DNA of 64,000 nucleotides from Lepidodermella squamata (Eukaryota; Animalia; Gastrotricha): NCBI GenBank assembly GCA_047495785.1, contig JBLDXI010000024.1, positions 4,278,001 to 4,342,000 of the forward strand, read 5' to 3'. Shown piece by piece: positions 51,843 to 64,000 of this stretch (position 1 is its first letter; each line of letters starts with the position of its first letter). The notes under the pieces were generated by a model. It saw only the letters and a program-made list of their open reading frames with translations, ran no database searches and was not told where the DNA came from. The position numbers and the translations under genes were made by a program.

Positions 51843-54800
51843 TCAGTGCGTCGGATAGGGATTCAGTTGACTGTTGCCGCCTTGTTTCTTCGAATCATAC
51901 ATCCCCCGAACGGATCCGACTGGCAGGCTACCGGTCTGCTTTTTATTCGGGAAAATCATACCCCACAGTGACTTCTGACCCGGGTTGACCTGAGGTTTAA
52001 TAGCCGGTCCTTTTTGCAATGGATTCGACGTTGATTGTTTCTCGACTGGAGTTTCCTTCTTGACAGGCTTGTCCTTGAACATGATATCGTGCATAGCTGG
52101 TTTGTCAATTTGTGGCAAGACTATCTGCTTCGGCGGCACTGGTGCGTTTGCATTGAATTCAGGCAGCATTTGGCGGGGCACATCCTGAGGAATCGAAAGA
52201 GTCACTGTAGCAGGTAGGCGGGGTTGTTCGACATTTTTCACGACATGACCCCGTTGTGTGATGAGCTTGTCGCCATGTAGGAACAGCTTGGGATCTTTGA
52301 CATGCTTGGTGGTGTTCAATGCTTGGGAGACTTGACGCTGAACAGGGTTCGTCCGTCTTTGCAGCTGTAATGCATGCAATTTCATGTCCATCCAATGCAT
52401 CAGGCAACGCTCGCGTTTCGCAACTCGTTCATAAGCATCGTCTTCGATTCGCGACTCAACAAAGCGCGAGAAGCGATGAATCGAAAATTCCACTGGAGTA
52501 TAAATAAATTGATACATCAATAAAATAGCAAGGGCTTACATTTCGCTAGATTTCGTTCTCCAATAGGTTTGAACCTAGTTGCAGCGGTTTCCTTGTTCTC
52601 AAGAGCTTTGGAAACAGTAAATGTCAGCTCATCTGCCATGTAGCTGGAGAGTTCATGGTCCCAGTTTGTGTTTTCTTCGACATTATCAGCAACTTGGCTG
52701 TACGTGACTGAAATTATTGTCATGAAAACCTGAACAGCCAAAAACATGACAATGGTTGAGTAAGCCATGCAGAAAAGCATGATATAACGCGAGGTGAAGC
52801 TCAGAGACATCAAAGACCCAGTTACTCCGATGATATTCTGAACCAGAGTCATAATCGAAGCGGTGAAAGATTGAAACTCATCGCAAGTCGTATTAAGGCT
52901 CAGATAGCCAAGTTCCGCGAATAGAACAGTTATAAGAACGAAAGCGAAGAGGAATGACGACAGATCGCCTTTACCCTTGGAGAGCGTTCCCAAGAAGATA
53001 CACCAGTATTTGTTGAAGGTGAGGTGGCGGAAAAATAGAAGCATCGTCATGAAAAAAGTGATTCCGTACAGATTAGCCATCAGAGCTTCCCAGTTGACCA
53101 GAAGATCGAAGTTTACGAACGATGTCCTGTCGGTCTGAAGACGAGTGACAGCTTTCATAACAACAAGAATTCGAGCAATGAACAATCCAACGATGGCCAA
53201 GGCTATCAATATCTGACACAGCTCTAGCAAATTCCAGCCGTCTTTTCGGAATTTTGTGAAGCCTTGCTTCTTCATTTTGATACAGATCTTGACCAGATGC
53301 GAGATAACAAGCAGAATCCAAATTCCTTGAATGGCGAAGATAAAGATTGAACTGGCCCCGATGTATTGGTAAAGCTGCAGAGGATACATTCTTGCGTGAT
53401 AAGTCATTCCTCCAGCACTCAAGGCTTCGAAAACTACTTTCACCGAAATGAACAAATTGACCTGAGCATTGAACAGGACCAAGTCGACGAATAGGACTGA
53501 AGTTGCGTTATCTAGCCATCTTTTCGACTTCAGCCCAGCAACGAAAGCTTGAGCTTTCCCAAGATTCACGGGCAGGTCGACGTAATACCCACCGCTTGTG
53601 TAAGTTGCTTGCCAGCCTGAGTAAGGAATACCACTGTCTTCTCGATGAATCCAAGGAGACTGATCTGTTGTGACATTCTCGGGCGCCCATGCAGTATTAT
53701 TCTTGTTGTAAGTCCAATTGAAATTCGAAAACTGTCTGGTCTCAGTGTCCACTCCGATTCCAAGTTGGCCGACGTATTGATTCTGACACTTTGTAGTGTT
53801 GCCCACTAGTAGATCTGCGAAATTTTTGACGTAATGAGGAATCGGCGACGTCTCCAGCAAACAAGGGGCTGAAGCAATGGCCTCCGATGTGAATAATTCA
53901 GGTCATTTTAATTAAAGCTAACTCACCTGAGCGGACTCTTTGTTGCCTCAAGCGAATAGGCCCGAGGACTACCACATCATGATTGAGAACTTGATATATA
54001 TTTTTCGAGTTGAATTTCAAGCCCTTGCTCAACTGGTTGGCAGTGAAAAACTGCGGCAAAAGGTTGTTATTCAGCCAAGAGTAAATCAGGCTGTAGTCAT
54101 TAATCACACTCATCTGTGGTACAGTGGGCATCTGGACTAATGGCTTCAAATCCCCGATTTGTTGATAGGCCAGTCTGTTCTGCGTCGCTGAGATTACGAT
54201 AGCAAAAGCAACAACGTAGATGATGTGGTGAAAAATTCCTCCGATGATGTTCCGCATGCGCTTAAACAGCTCCGATTTCTTGTTTGAACTGTTTTTCGAA
54301 AATGCCATCTTGCCAATGTCGAGACCGTCATCAGGCAGCGACAGCAAAGTTGAACTGCAGACGGAGAGTAGTGCGACCTTGACTGTTTGAATTAGAATGA
54401 TGTCCTGAACAACACTCATGACCATTCCACTGAGCCACTGCAGCGATTTCTCCTTGCCCCACATCAGGCTGTACATGACGATGAAGAAAGAAGAAGCTCC
54501 AACACAGCCAGCGACCACTAGAATTAAAGGAAATGCACGCATGGATTTAATTATATTGAAACTTACAGAACCATGCAATGATAGCGCAGTAGTACGGAAG
54601 TTGCAATGGCTTCTTTTCTTTCCTGTCGGCATCTCGTCGTTGTTTTCCCAAGGCCATGTTGAAAATTGTTGTGTAGTGGCTATTCTCAGCTGATCGACGT
54701 CGAATTCGCTTGAAAATGAAGGCCATTATGGCAGTTGGAGGGATGACGATGACACATCCAATGAAGCTTGCGTAGACTGTGAACCAGGACAGGCGGAAGA

Positions 54801-57800
54801 ATCCACCGATATTGACGCCGACTCGGGGTGATTTACTCTCCTTTCCGTAAAACATCGCGTTTACCAGCATGGCCATGAATAATGCACTGACTACACAAGC
54901 TAGCCGTTCGCATCTGGTCCAGTTACTCGGAAGAGGACGCCTCGTGATTGATAGCCATGGGTGAGAACTGAACAAGCCAACTCGAGAATGAGCGCTGACC
55001 AGATACTTGAAGCCTTTGATCTCATCTTCCGTTGCGAGCTCTTTGAACTTCATCTCTCCACTTTTCATGAGAGCTTTGGTCAAGAAAACAAACTTTTGCG
55101 CCTTCTCAATGTCGACCATGACAACTTTGTCTATTTGCATCTGAAGTGGCTTGCTGCCATGTGGAGCCCTGAATCGGCTGTGAATTCGAATTTCGATTGC
55201 CTCGATATGGCCAATCGGCAGAGTTGTAGTCATCATGAAATTGGCTGGTCTCCTGCCGTTGAAATTTGATTCTCTCTCGCAATCGTCAAGGACTCGCCAG
55301 TTCGTATCACTGATGTCACCGTAAGCTCGGAGTAGAACCACAGGCTTCAGATGGTGGTTCTTTACGCCGAAGTGATCGACGGAAACGAGGTATTTGTGTG
55401 TTTCGTGCGGCTTGTTGCTCTTCAGAGGCATGAATGCCCACTCCTTGATGTCCAGCTTGTCAAATCGCCAAACAACAATCACTCCGATGATGAAGAAAAC
55501 AACTGCGGCAACTTGGAACGCGAGTACGAATGCGTTATCCGATACAAGCGTTGCAAAATTGGCGAAAATGTCCGAGAATTCAATAGTGTTAGGTGAGATC
55601 ACGAGATCAGCTCCGAAATAGCCAAAGTAAGATGATTTGAAAGTAACGGCGGATTCAGTCGAACTTGGATCGAGTTCGAAATCGTCCTCAGAGTTCGTTT
55701 GAGAAGCATCGCGCCTTTTCCTTGAATTTGTGTTTCGTGCCTTGGCGAATCCTACCTTGAGATGGTAACCATAGCATCGCTGCATTTCGCAAGCATCGGC
55801 TGGTAAGTCATCCATAGTTGAAAAGCTGGAGAAATTTTTCTTTGTATAGACATGCATCTTGAATGAAACATTTCCGCTTCCTGAGAATCCCTGAATTTCA
55901 ACGAAATTCTGCAATGCTGACTGTGGAATCACTATTCGCAGTTCGACATCTGTATTGTAGCTTGATTTGAGTTCTCCGAGGCTGGTATTCAAACTAGTGC
56001 TAACACTGGTTTGAGTGACATTTAGCGACCAGGTGCAGCTCTTGACTGTAGGAGTGCTGTTCAAAGCTAGATATGCCGTGTAATTGTACTTGATGACCGG
56101 GAATATCAGCACAAAATCTCCAGAGCCCGATGAAACTGGGAATATAGCCAATGATCCCAATGAATCCGCATTCGTACTCACGTCGCATGAAATTTTACTA
56201 ACGTCACACTGGGCATCAGACTTTTGAACGCTAAGCATAGCTGCCTTGGAGACAACAGGCTTTCCAGTTATTTTTACCTGATAGCCTTTTTTGAGAATTA
56301 GCTCTTTCTTCTGATAGAGAAGTTTAACCGAAATGGTTGGCATGTTGAACGGCTGCTTTGGGTCGAGGACATTAACGATGTAAGCTGTTACGACAACAGT
56401 GACGGTTTCTGTTTCTTTAATCGAGACTCCTGATGCTTTGGAATCGATAAATTCTGCGGCCGAAGTCGTATTGGGAAACGCCACAGCAGCGTGGACGGTT
56501 TCCACTTTCAAATTTGGCAGCCTCTTGGCGTCTATTACATTTAGAAGTATCGAAAAGAATTTGCCACTGAATGTGAAGTTTTTTCCCGTTTTCACGTTGG
56601 TCTCGACCATTTTCAGCATGCCATCAATCATTTGGTTGAAATTTTGGTATAGCTTTGATGACTGCAAAATTATAATTTATTAGTGGGTTTACCCGATTGT
56701 GCTGTTCGACGTTCACGAACCTCATCAGCTGATAGTGCAGCTTTAGGGCTCGGTGTTGTTGTCGCGGCTGAACCAGTGTTGCATTTGGAGTTTTTATCAT
56801 TTAGAGTAAGCGATAGCGGGCTCGTTTCCTCGGTAGTAGTAACTGATTCAGACATCGCGAACATGACGGAACTAGCTGCTTCAGCGTAAGCCAATGAAAT
56901 GTTGGCTACAATCTCTGGATCCATCTGACTTGCTAGGTCTGCGTATTTAGCCATGACAGGGGCCATGTCTGTGATGAACTTTGTTGACGACACAGCTAAA
57001 GCAGTTGTATTCTCAGTAGAGCTGATGCGCGTCGAAGCCTCAACCGCAACAGAACTGAGTGGGGTGGCTGCTGCTATCAAAGTCTGAGGTGGCATTGCAG
57101 CTATGAATGAGATCGAAACCGCTGCTGGTGCTAAACTTGTTTCGTTCTTCTTCTCCGAGCAATCCTTGCCCGTCCAACTTCCAACGCAGGTGCAAACATT
57201 CGGCTGAGCACAAATTCCGCCGTTTTTACACTCCCCAATGCTGGAGCAGGATGCTATATAACTCAATGGTTAGAACTGTGGCATCTTTAAAGAATTTAGA
57301 GCTTACGAAATGCGCAGGTCGTACCATTCCAGCCGGATGCACAACTGCAAACATTGATACCAACACAGGTACCTCCGTTGTAGCAGGATCCTAAGCTAGA
57401 GCAATCAACGTTAGAAATCTCGCATCTCGGTCCGCGCCATTTGCTCGTACAAGTGCAGTTGTCCGGTGCCGAGCAAATGCCGCCGTTTAAACACCCACCA
57501 ATTGATGTACAATTCGCTATGCGTTAAACATTTCGTATGCCAATCAGCAGGGGTAAAATTCCACTCACGCGTTGTACAATTCAAGCCAATCCAGCCTTTT
57601 ATACATAAACAGGAATTTGGATTTACACAAGTTCCTCCGTTCATACATCCCCCTAACGATGCGCAATCGGCTGAAAACACAAAACAGCTATCGCAAGAAC
57701 TGATTTAAAATGCCAGAGATGTCACCTGTCTGGCAAGCAGAACCTAACCATCCAGTGTTACACGTGCAAGTATTCGGCGCAACGCACGATCCACCATTTG

Positions 57801-60800
57801 TACAGAATAGCGAGCAAACAGCTTTATAGAAGCCGATTTCAGTATGTTTCTTGTTTCATTTCTAGTATCGCGCCTTACGTGTATTGCAATCAGAACCAGT
57901 CCAACCAGCTGCGCAGGTGCAAATATTGGGAGCAGTGCAAGATGATCCATTTGCGCAAGCAGGAGAACAGATAGCTGAGAAACCGATGATGCTTACATGC
58001 AAGAGTTATAGACTTTATTCATACCGGTTGAACAGTTGGAACCAGTCCAGCCTACTGCACATGAGCAAGTATTAGGGTTGGAGCAAGTTCCGCCATTCAA
58101 ACAACTGCCAACAGACGTACAGCTCGCTGGAAGCATGCAAAAGGAAATTCCCATTTGCAAGAAAAAACCAATTTTACCTATATTACAAGTTGGGCCTTGC
58201 CAGCCTAGGGTGCAGCTGCACAAATTCGGCGCCGAGCAAGATCCGCCATTTAAACAGCCACCAATTGAAGTACAATTCGCTATGAGTTAACAAATTCCTA
58301 GGCTAATCAGGTAGAAATAGGTTCAACTCACGCGTTGCACAGTTCAAGCCAGTCCAGCCATTGTTGCATGCACAGGAATTGGGAGCCACACAAGTTCCTC
58401 CGTTAAAACATCCACCTAAAGATGTGCAATCGGCTGAAAACACTACAGCTATCACACAAATTAATGTCCAATGGCAGCGATTTCACCTGTCTCGCAAACC
58501 GAACCTAACCAGCCAGCATTACATGTGCAAGAATTGGGCGCCACACACGATCCACCATTTTTACAGGCTAGCGAGCAAATAGCTACAAACGTCGATAGGT
58601 ATTACACGCTGTTTCATCTCTAGCATCCAGCCTTACGAGTGCTGCAATCAGATCCAGTCCAGCCAGCTGCGCAGGTGCAGATATTGGGAGCAGTGCAAGA
58701 TGAGCCATTTGCGCAAGCAGGAGAACAGACAGCTTGGGAAAAACAAAGGTATAGAGGGCAATATGTGGGCTTATTTCATACCAGTTGAACAGTTGGCACC
58801 AGTCCAGCCTGCTGCACATGAGCAAGTATTAGGACTGGAGCACGTGCCGCCATTTAAACAGTTGCCAATTGAAGCGCAGCTAGCTGAAAACGGATGTAAT
58901 ATATTTCCCGTGAGGCTATGCCTGCTTACCTAGTCCACATGCAAGGCCTTGCCAGCCTTGTGTGCAATTGCAGGCATTCGGCGCGGCACAAGTTCCCCCG
59001 TTTGCACAGGCTTGGGTGCAAATAGCTAGAAGCAGCGTTTAAAATCGCGAGAGGCAAATTATCGCTTTGACCTACGAATGTTACACGTCGCACCAGTCCA
59101 ACCCGGCACGCAGATGCAGGTGTTTGAAGCTGTGCAAGTCCCTCCATTCATGCACGATAAGCACGTGCAATTCGGCCCCACCCAGCCTTGGGCGCATGTA
59201 CAGGTGTTAGGCCCGGTGCACGTTCCTCCATTAGCACAACCACCCAGTGCCGAGCAGTCAGCTAGAATTGAAATTTGAATAAAATGAGTAGGTACTCATA
59301 TGATTAGATTCCTCGTTGCTCGCGGTAAGAGATGAACGGTTCTATATCGGATCATTACGGGAGAAAGCAAATACCTATGTTACACGTGGAACCTTTCCAA
59401 CCGGGTGCACAAGAGCAGTTGTTTGGCCCCGTACACGTTCCTCCATTAGCGCAACCACCCAGGGTCGAGCAGTCAGCTATAGAAATAGAATAAAATTGAT
59501 TTTCCTTTCTTGAAATGATTCACCATATTGAATCAACAAATACCTGTGTCACACGTAGAACCCGTCCACCCAGCAGTACAATTGCACGTGTTCGGAGCGA
59601 TGCATGTTCCGCCATTTGAACAAAGGCCGGTTGTGGCGGAGCAGCTTGCTGCAAGGAGTAACAACAGTTCAGAGCAATAAATGCATGTTTTATCTTACGA
59701 GTGTTGCAATCTGCCCCGCGCCATCCAGCTGCGCAAGTGCAGACATTGGGACTGCTACATGTCGCTCCATTCTTGCAACCACCAATGCCGGTACAAACAG
59801 CTAAATATTAGTTTAGGGCATTTTACTGCAATTGGGGAATTTGGAACATACGAGTAGAACAATCAGGCCCCGACCAGCCAGCATTGCATGAGCAATTATT
59901 ATTTCCAATACAAATGCCATTGGAATTGCAGTTGGATAACGCTGAACAATTCGCTAGTACAGCTGTAAAACAAATCGACAAATGCTAGGAAAAGTTTGAA
60001 ACGTAGTTAGCAAATGTTTCTGTTGCGTTTGAAAGGTGATACCACGCACTCATCTTAACAAAAAGAACAAAGTACTGCATAATAAATGAAAAAATATTCC
60101 TGAAACGTTATTAGGGTTTGGCGCCAAGACAGCAACTGCATATAATGGCAAATGTGACAAAACAGCGAATATCGTATGCAAAACCTTCGGCTGTTATGAC
60201 GCCAGTTGTAACATTTGCTGTTTTGGGCATTTTCGGTTATGACGGCCGGCCGAAGGGTTATATTTCATGAAAACTGCCGGTTAATAATGCGGCTCCTTTC
60301 AAACGCGACGCTATAATATTATATGGCAAAAGCTTACGAGTACAAGGGCCGACATTTCCAACCCACTGTTTAGACGTAGCGCATGTCAACGTTGCGTAGG
60401 AAAGACTTGTACCATTGAAGATATAATTAGGAGTGCTGCATCGATATTCCCAGACACTGCCTCGAGTATTTCGCATCTCTGGCGCGACTACCGTTGGAAC
60501 TGTGAAATTGTTAGTCGTATTCGGAAATGTAGGAGGATCTGGACAGCGTGTTGAGACGCAGGTATGCATGGCGCCAGTCAGAGATCCATTCGGAGAGGTG
60601 CAAGTTTTAGTAAGATCGCCAGCTGCCGACTCAAAGTTGTCATCACATTCGTAGACTATGGTATAGATGCCAGCGTTGTTTGTTACGGAAGCAATGTGCG
60701 AGTTCGTCCCAGTCGTATTAGGCAGGGATCCGCATAGCCCACGGCAGTCAATGGGATTTCCAGTCCAATATGAGGTTTGTGATGTTTTGTTGCATGTTGA

Positions 60801-63800
60801 TATTGCCCAGTCTTGAGAAGCTAATGCATTCCGGTAGTATGGGTAATTTTTACACGTATAGTTCACGGACAGGGTCGATGGCATCCCAACTATTTCCATT
60901 TGGGTGTTCGGCATTCCAGGAGGAGGCCCGCAGTCGGCTGACACGTGGCTAAGAAGTTCATTGCGGTAGTATGTATCCGTCGTTGTGCTGACTGCTCCAT
61001 CTCCGGGCTTGCAAACAAGGCTTCGCAAACTGCAAGAATTAGAAGTTTGGCTGTAAACGAATAGAACGCACGAAAATGCCGTATAGCTCGTGCATCTAGC
61101 CATGCAAAGCTCAGGGGTAGAGATATTAGTCAAAGTATATGATGTTCCTGAATTGCTGCACTGGTATTTCGGGGCTTTGATAAATTTGCCGCTTGGAACA
61201 ATTCGGCGTATCTTCATCTCAGTGCGCGCCACTGCCGTTATGTATACACCGTTGAAATTCTGCCAGAAAGTGTTCTTATAATCCGAAGTCTGAGGGCCAT
61301 ACAAGTTATTTAAATTGCTTCGACTCAATCCGGACGTGCAAGTGGGCAAAAATAACCACCAACCCCCTGAAGTACATTTGTCCAATACAAACGGCTGACC
61401 GTTATGGTACACAAAAGAGTCCCCAATTGTGGAATCGGCGCTATATCCAGCAATGTTTAGGCTGCTCGACTCCCCTGTGAGGTAAAATGAGCTGTATAGC
61501 GCATATCCCCAAGTGTTCGCCATGCCGATTTGAATCAGTAGCTCGTAGTCTCCAGCCTGTGTCAGTGCTCTGATTTTGGAGTTACCAAGCCAATAGCTGG
61601 TTGATGGATCGCCAAATCCAGCTTCGTCAGCAGTCAAGTTTTGTGAGAAACTCTGATTTCCGTTTACGCGACGTTGAATAACTGTCCAACCTCCACCCAA
61701 TGTATCTTGATCGCAATACGCCGGAAAGCTGCCGACTGTCGTCTCATTTAACGTGAACACGCCGGATTCACTCGGTAACCCCATCGCTGAGTTGTAGCTT
61801 TGAATAGCACTACAATCATAGGGCAATGGCCGCTCTGGAGGGCACAGCGGTTGAGTTAAGAAAAAGTATGATAGATGAAATCAACTTACGGTAGCACGCT
61901 AGAGGCTCCCCGGAGTACACACCGAAGTTAGTGGATATCACTTTCTCTTCGCTACCAACGGCGTAATACTTTCTGTTGCAATCGTATCTTACGATGTTGA
62001 AGACAGACGCCAGCGATGTTGTAGTAGCATTTGGAATATTCTTAAGGTTAGCTATTATATTGGTAAAACAATAATTGTAAAAATGGCGCCATAATAGATT
62101 CAGTCTCACGAAGTTTTCTCCGTTGAATCAGCATTTTGATGGATTTAATAGACAGTGTTCCCCATTTTAAGGTCGCATTTGCGGGATTAGAGGACATTTT
62201 GTTATTCAAGTTCGAGTCGAAGGCACAGTCGCTCGGGAACCACCAACCTCCGGTAAATGCGTATTGGGTGAAGCACCAATAAGCGGGGCCTTGATCAGAA
62301 GTGGAAAACTGCTGATAATTGTGTTTACTTGACAGCATATCCCCAGCGTTGCCTGAGTAAGGGCCGACATATAGTCCATAACCATCGCCTTCGCTACTGA
62401 CTTGAAAATCTCGGTAATATGCCCGCAGCTCTGTATTGTTCTGTAATACAACTCTGATTGCCAACTGATAGTCGCTATCTTTGGTCAGTTTGTACAAATT
62501 CTCGTTACCTGCCATTTCATTTGATGGGAATGGAAATAGGTAAAGGAAAGTTCATACCAATCCAATAGTCTTTATTCAAGCCGAAAGGCGCAACGTTGAA
62601 TCCATTTTTGTAATCTTGCCAGGTTCTGGCGAAAGATGTCGTATTGTAAATCTGTTGTTGGATCACCTATTGAACAAAAGCTTCAAACGTCCGCAAACCA
62701 GTATAATAAAGCTCACCGTCCATCCAACATCTGCTGTCACGTAACTCAGCGGATCACATATCACCTGTAACGGTCCAACTTTTGGGTGGTAGATCCAATA
62801 AACTGTATCTACGCTGTAAACTTTTGTGGCGTATATATCCATGCAATCTTGGGGTTTGGAGACAACTAAGGTACAGTTCGGTTAAACATCCAGAATTAGT
62901 AATGTTCGCAAAATTACCAGGCTTTATCATCATAACACTAGAAGCTAGAGATATGTTTCTGCCTTTCCAAGAGTTCCAAAACAGCCCCATTTCCCACGAG
63001 TTGGCGCCGACCATTCCATTCATGTTAGCATCAGAACAGTCTGGATTAACTGGGTCTCCGTTGGTCGGATTTTTGAACCACCAACCCCCGGGTCGCTTTT
63101 GAGCGCAGGTGCGTCCTTTCGGCTGGTCGTAAGTCTGGAATGGTTGCTGGTTTGAGCTTACCAAGGATTCACCAGGGTGATCTGACATGGTTGCATTCAA
63201 AGTAGATATCGCCAATGTGTAGTTCACGTTGTCCAATATAGAAATTGACATATATGCCGCGGTTCGCCTGTCCCCAATCGTATCCTCCAAAACTACGGCA
63301 AGCATGTATTGAACACCCGTGACAGCTTTGTTCGTTAGCTGAAATATGATCGAATTGCCGATATAATGTGAGCCGTTCAGGCTTCCGAATCCAGTTTCGT
63401 AGGCTGCCCACGTTTTATTAAAGTCCAACCCATCGTTCTTGTTGCGCTGAATCACCGTCCAGCCGCCACCGAGGGCTACCATTTCGCAGAAAACAGAAAT
63501 TGCAGCTGCAGATCCAACCGGAGTTATTTGATATACACCGCTTGGGGCGTGAGGATTGCTCGCAAGAATGTCATTGCAATCCACCGGCTTTGGATAAACT
63601 TGCACTGTAATTGTAGCACATAATAAATCCATCTTTAAACTTCCGAAATTCGGAAACTGACTTGGCAACACATCGTGCGGTTTGTTCCTGCGAATCATCA
63701 TCTTGGTCGATCTCATGCCGAGATTAAACCCTTTGAACGTGTTGTAAATTGGCATTTCATTTGGAACTTCTGACCCGAATAAGCTAAGAGGAGGAGAATT

Positions 63801-64000
63801 TTACGAAATTCCGATAGAGATTTGTGGCTTACCCATTCAAGTTCGCCAAACTGGAATACCTGAAAAATGAAATCAATGAAATTGTAGAGCTCAACTTTTT
63901 TTATTGGTGAAAAGCCATGAGAAATGAGAACTGTCAAAGTACCAGTACAGTTGTTTAGTGCGAATAGTAATAATTGGAAATAATACGACTGTAAATTCTT
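51843..64000 (-). CDS. Giant PKD1-like gene, copy 2 (5' end beyond the right edge): FReDs, Sushi, PAN, about 19 EGF, RKRR, PLAT, 11-TM region, extended cytoplasmic tail
   Basis: ORFs 52517-53860, 53898-54632, 54547-56667, 56670-57266, 60258-61826, 62048-62515 and 62754-63755 are collinear paralogs of copy 1 with largely the same intron positions. No disabling lesion was noticed. Confidence 0.85.

Overview
Eukaryotic (invertebrate animal) genomic DNA with a compact gene structure; most introns are GT-AG and about 50-56 bp. No rRNA, tRNA or CRISPR array is evident. The window is a dense, actively duplicating cluster of secreted and membrane proteins with unusual domain combinations. (1) Two tandem giant PKD1-like (polycystin-1 family, 11-TM) genes have ectodomains of fibrinogen-related domains (FReDs), PAN/apple, Sushi and about 19-24 EGF modules, and their GPS autoproteolysis motif appears to be replaced by an RKRR furin site. 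The 5' end of a third relative lies at the left edge. (2) A Cys-loop ligand-gated ion channel carries an N-terminal LamG-like domain, an unidentified domain and a mucin stalk. (3) A tandemly duplicated head-to-head pair consists of a secreted [unknown domain + C-type lectin] gene and a secreted Sushi-MACPF-P2 (perforin-2/MPEG1-like) gene; most copies are decaying and scrambled remnants of further copies lie nearby. (4) A signal-peptide-bearing gene has two ankyrin-repeat arrays. Mobile DNA includes an intact six-exon Sola1-like DDD transposase, a Penelope-like element with inverted pLTRs carrying minimal hammerhead ribozymes, a CR1/L2-type LINE fragment and several MITE/foldback elements. All gene models were built by eye from splice signals and reading-frame phase and need RNA-seq confirmation.
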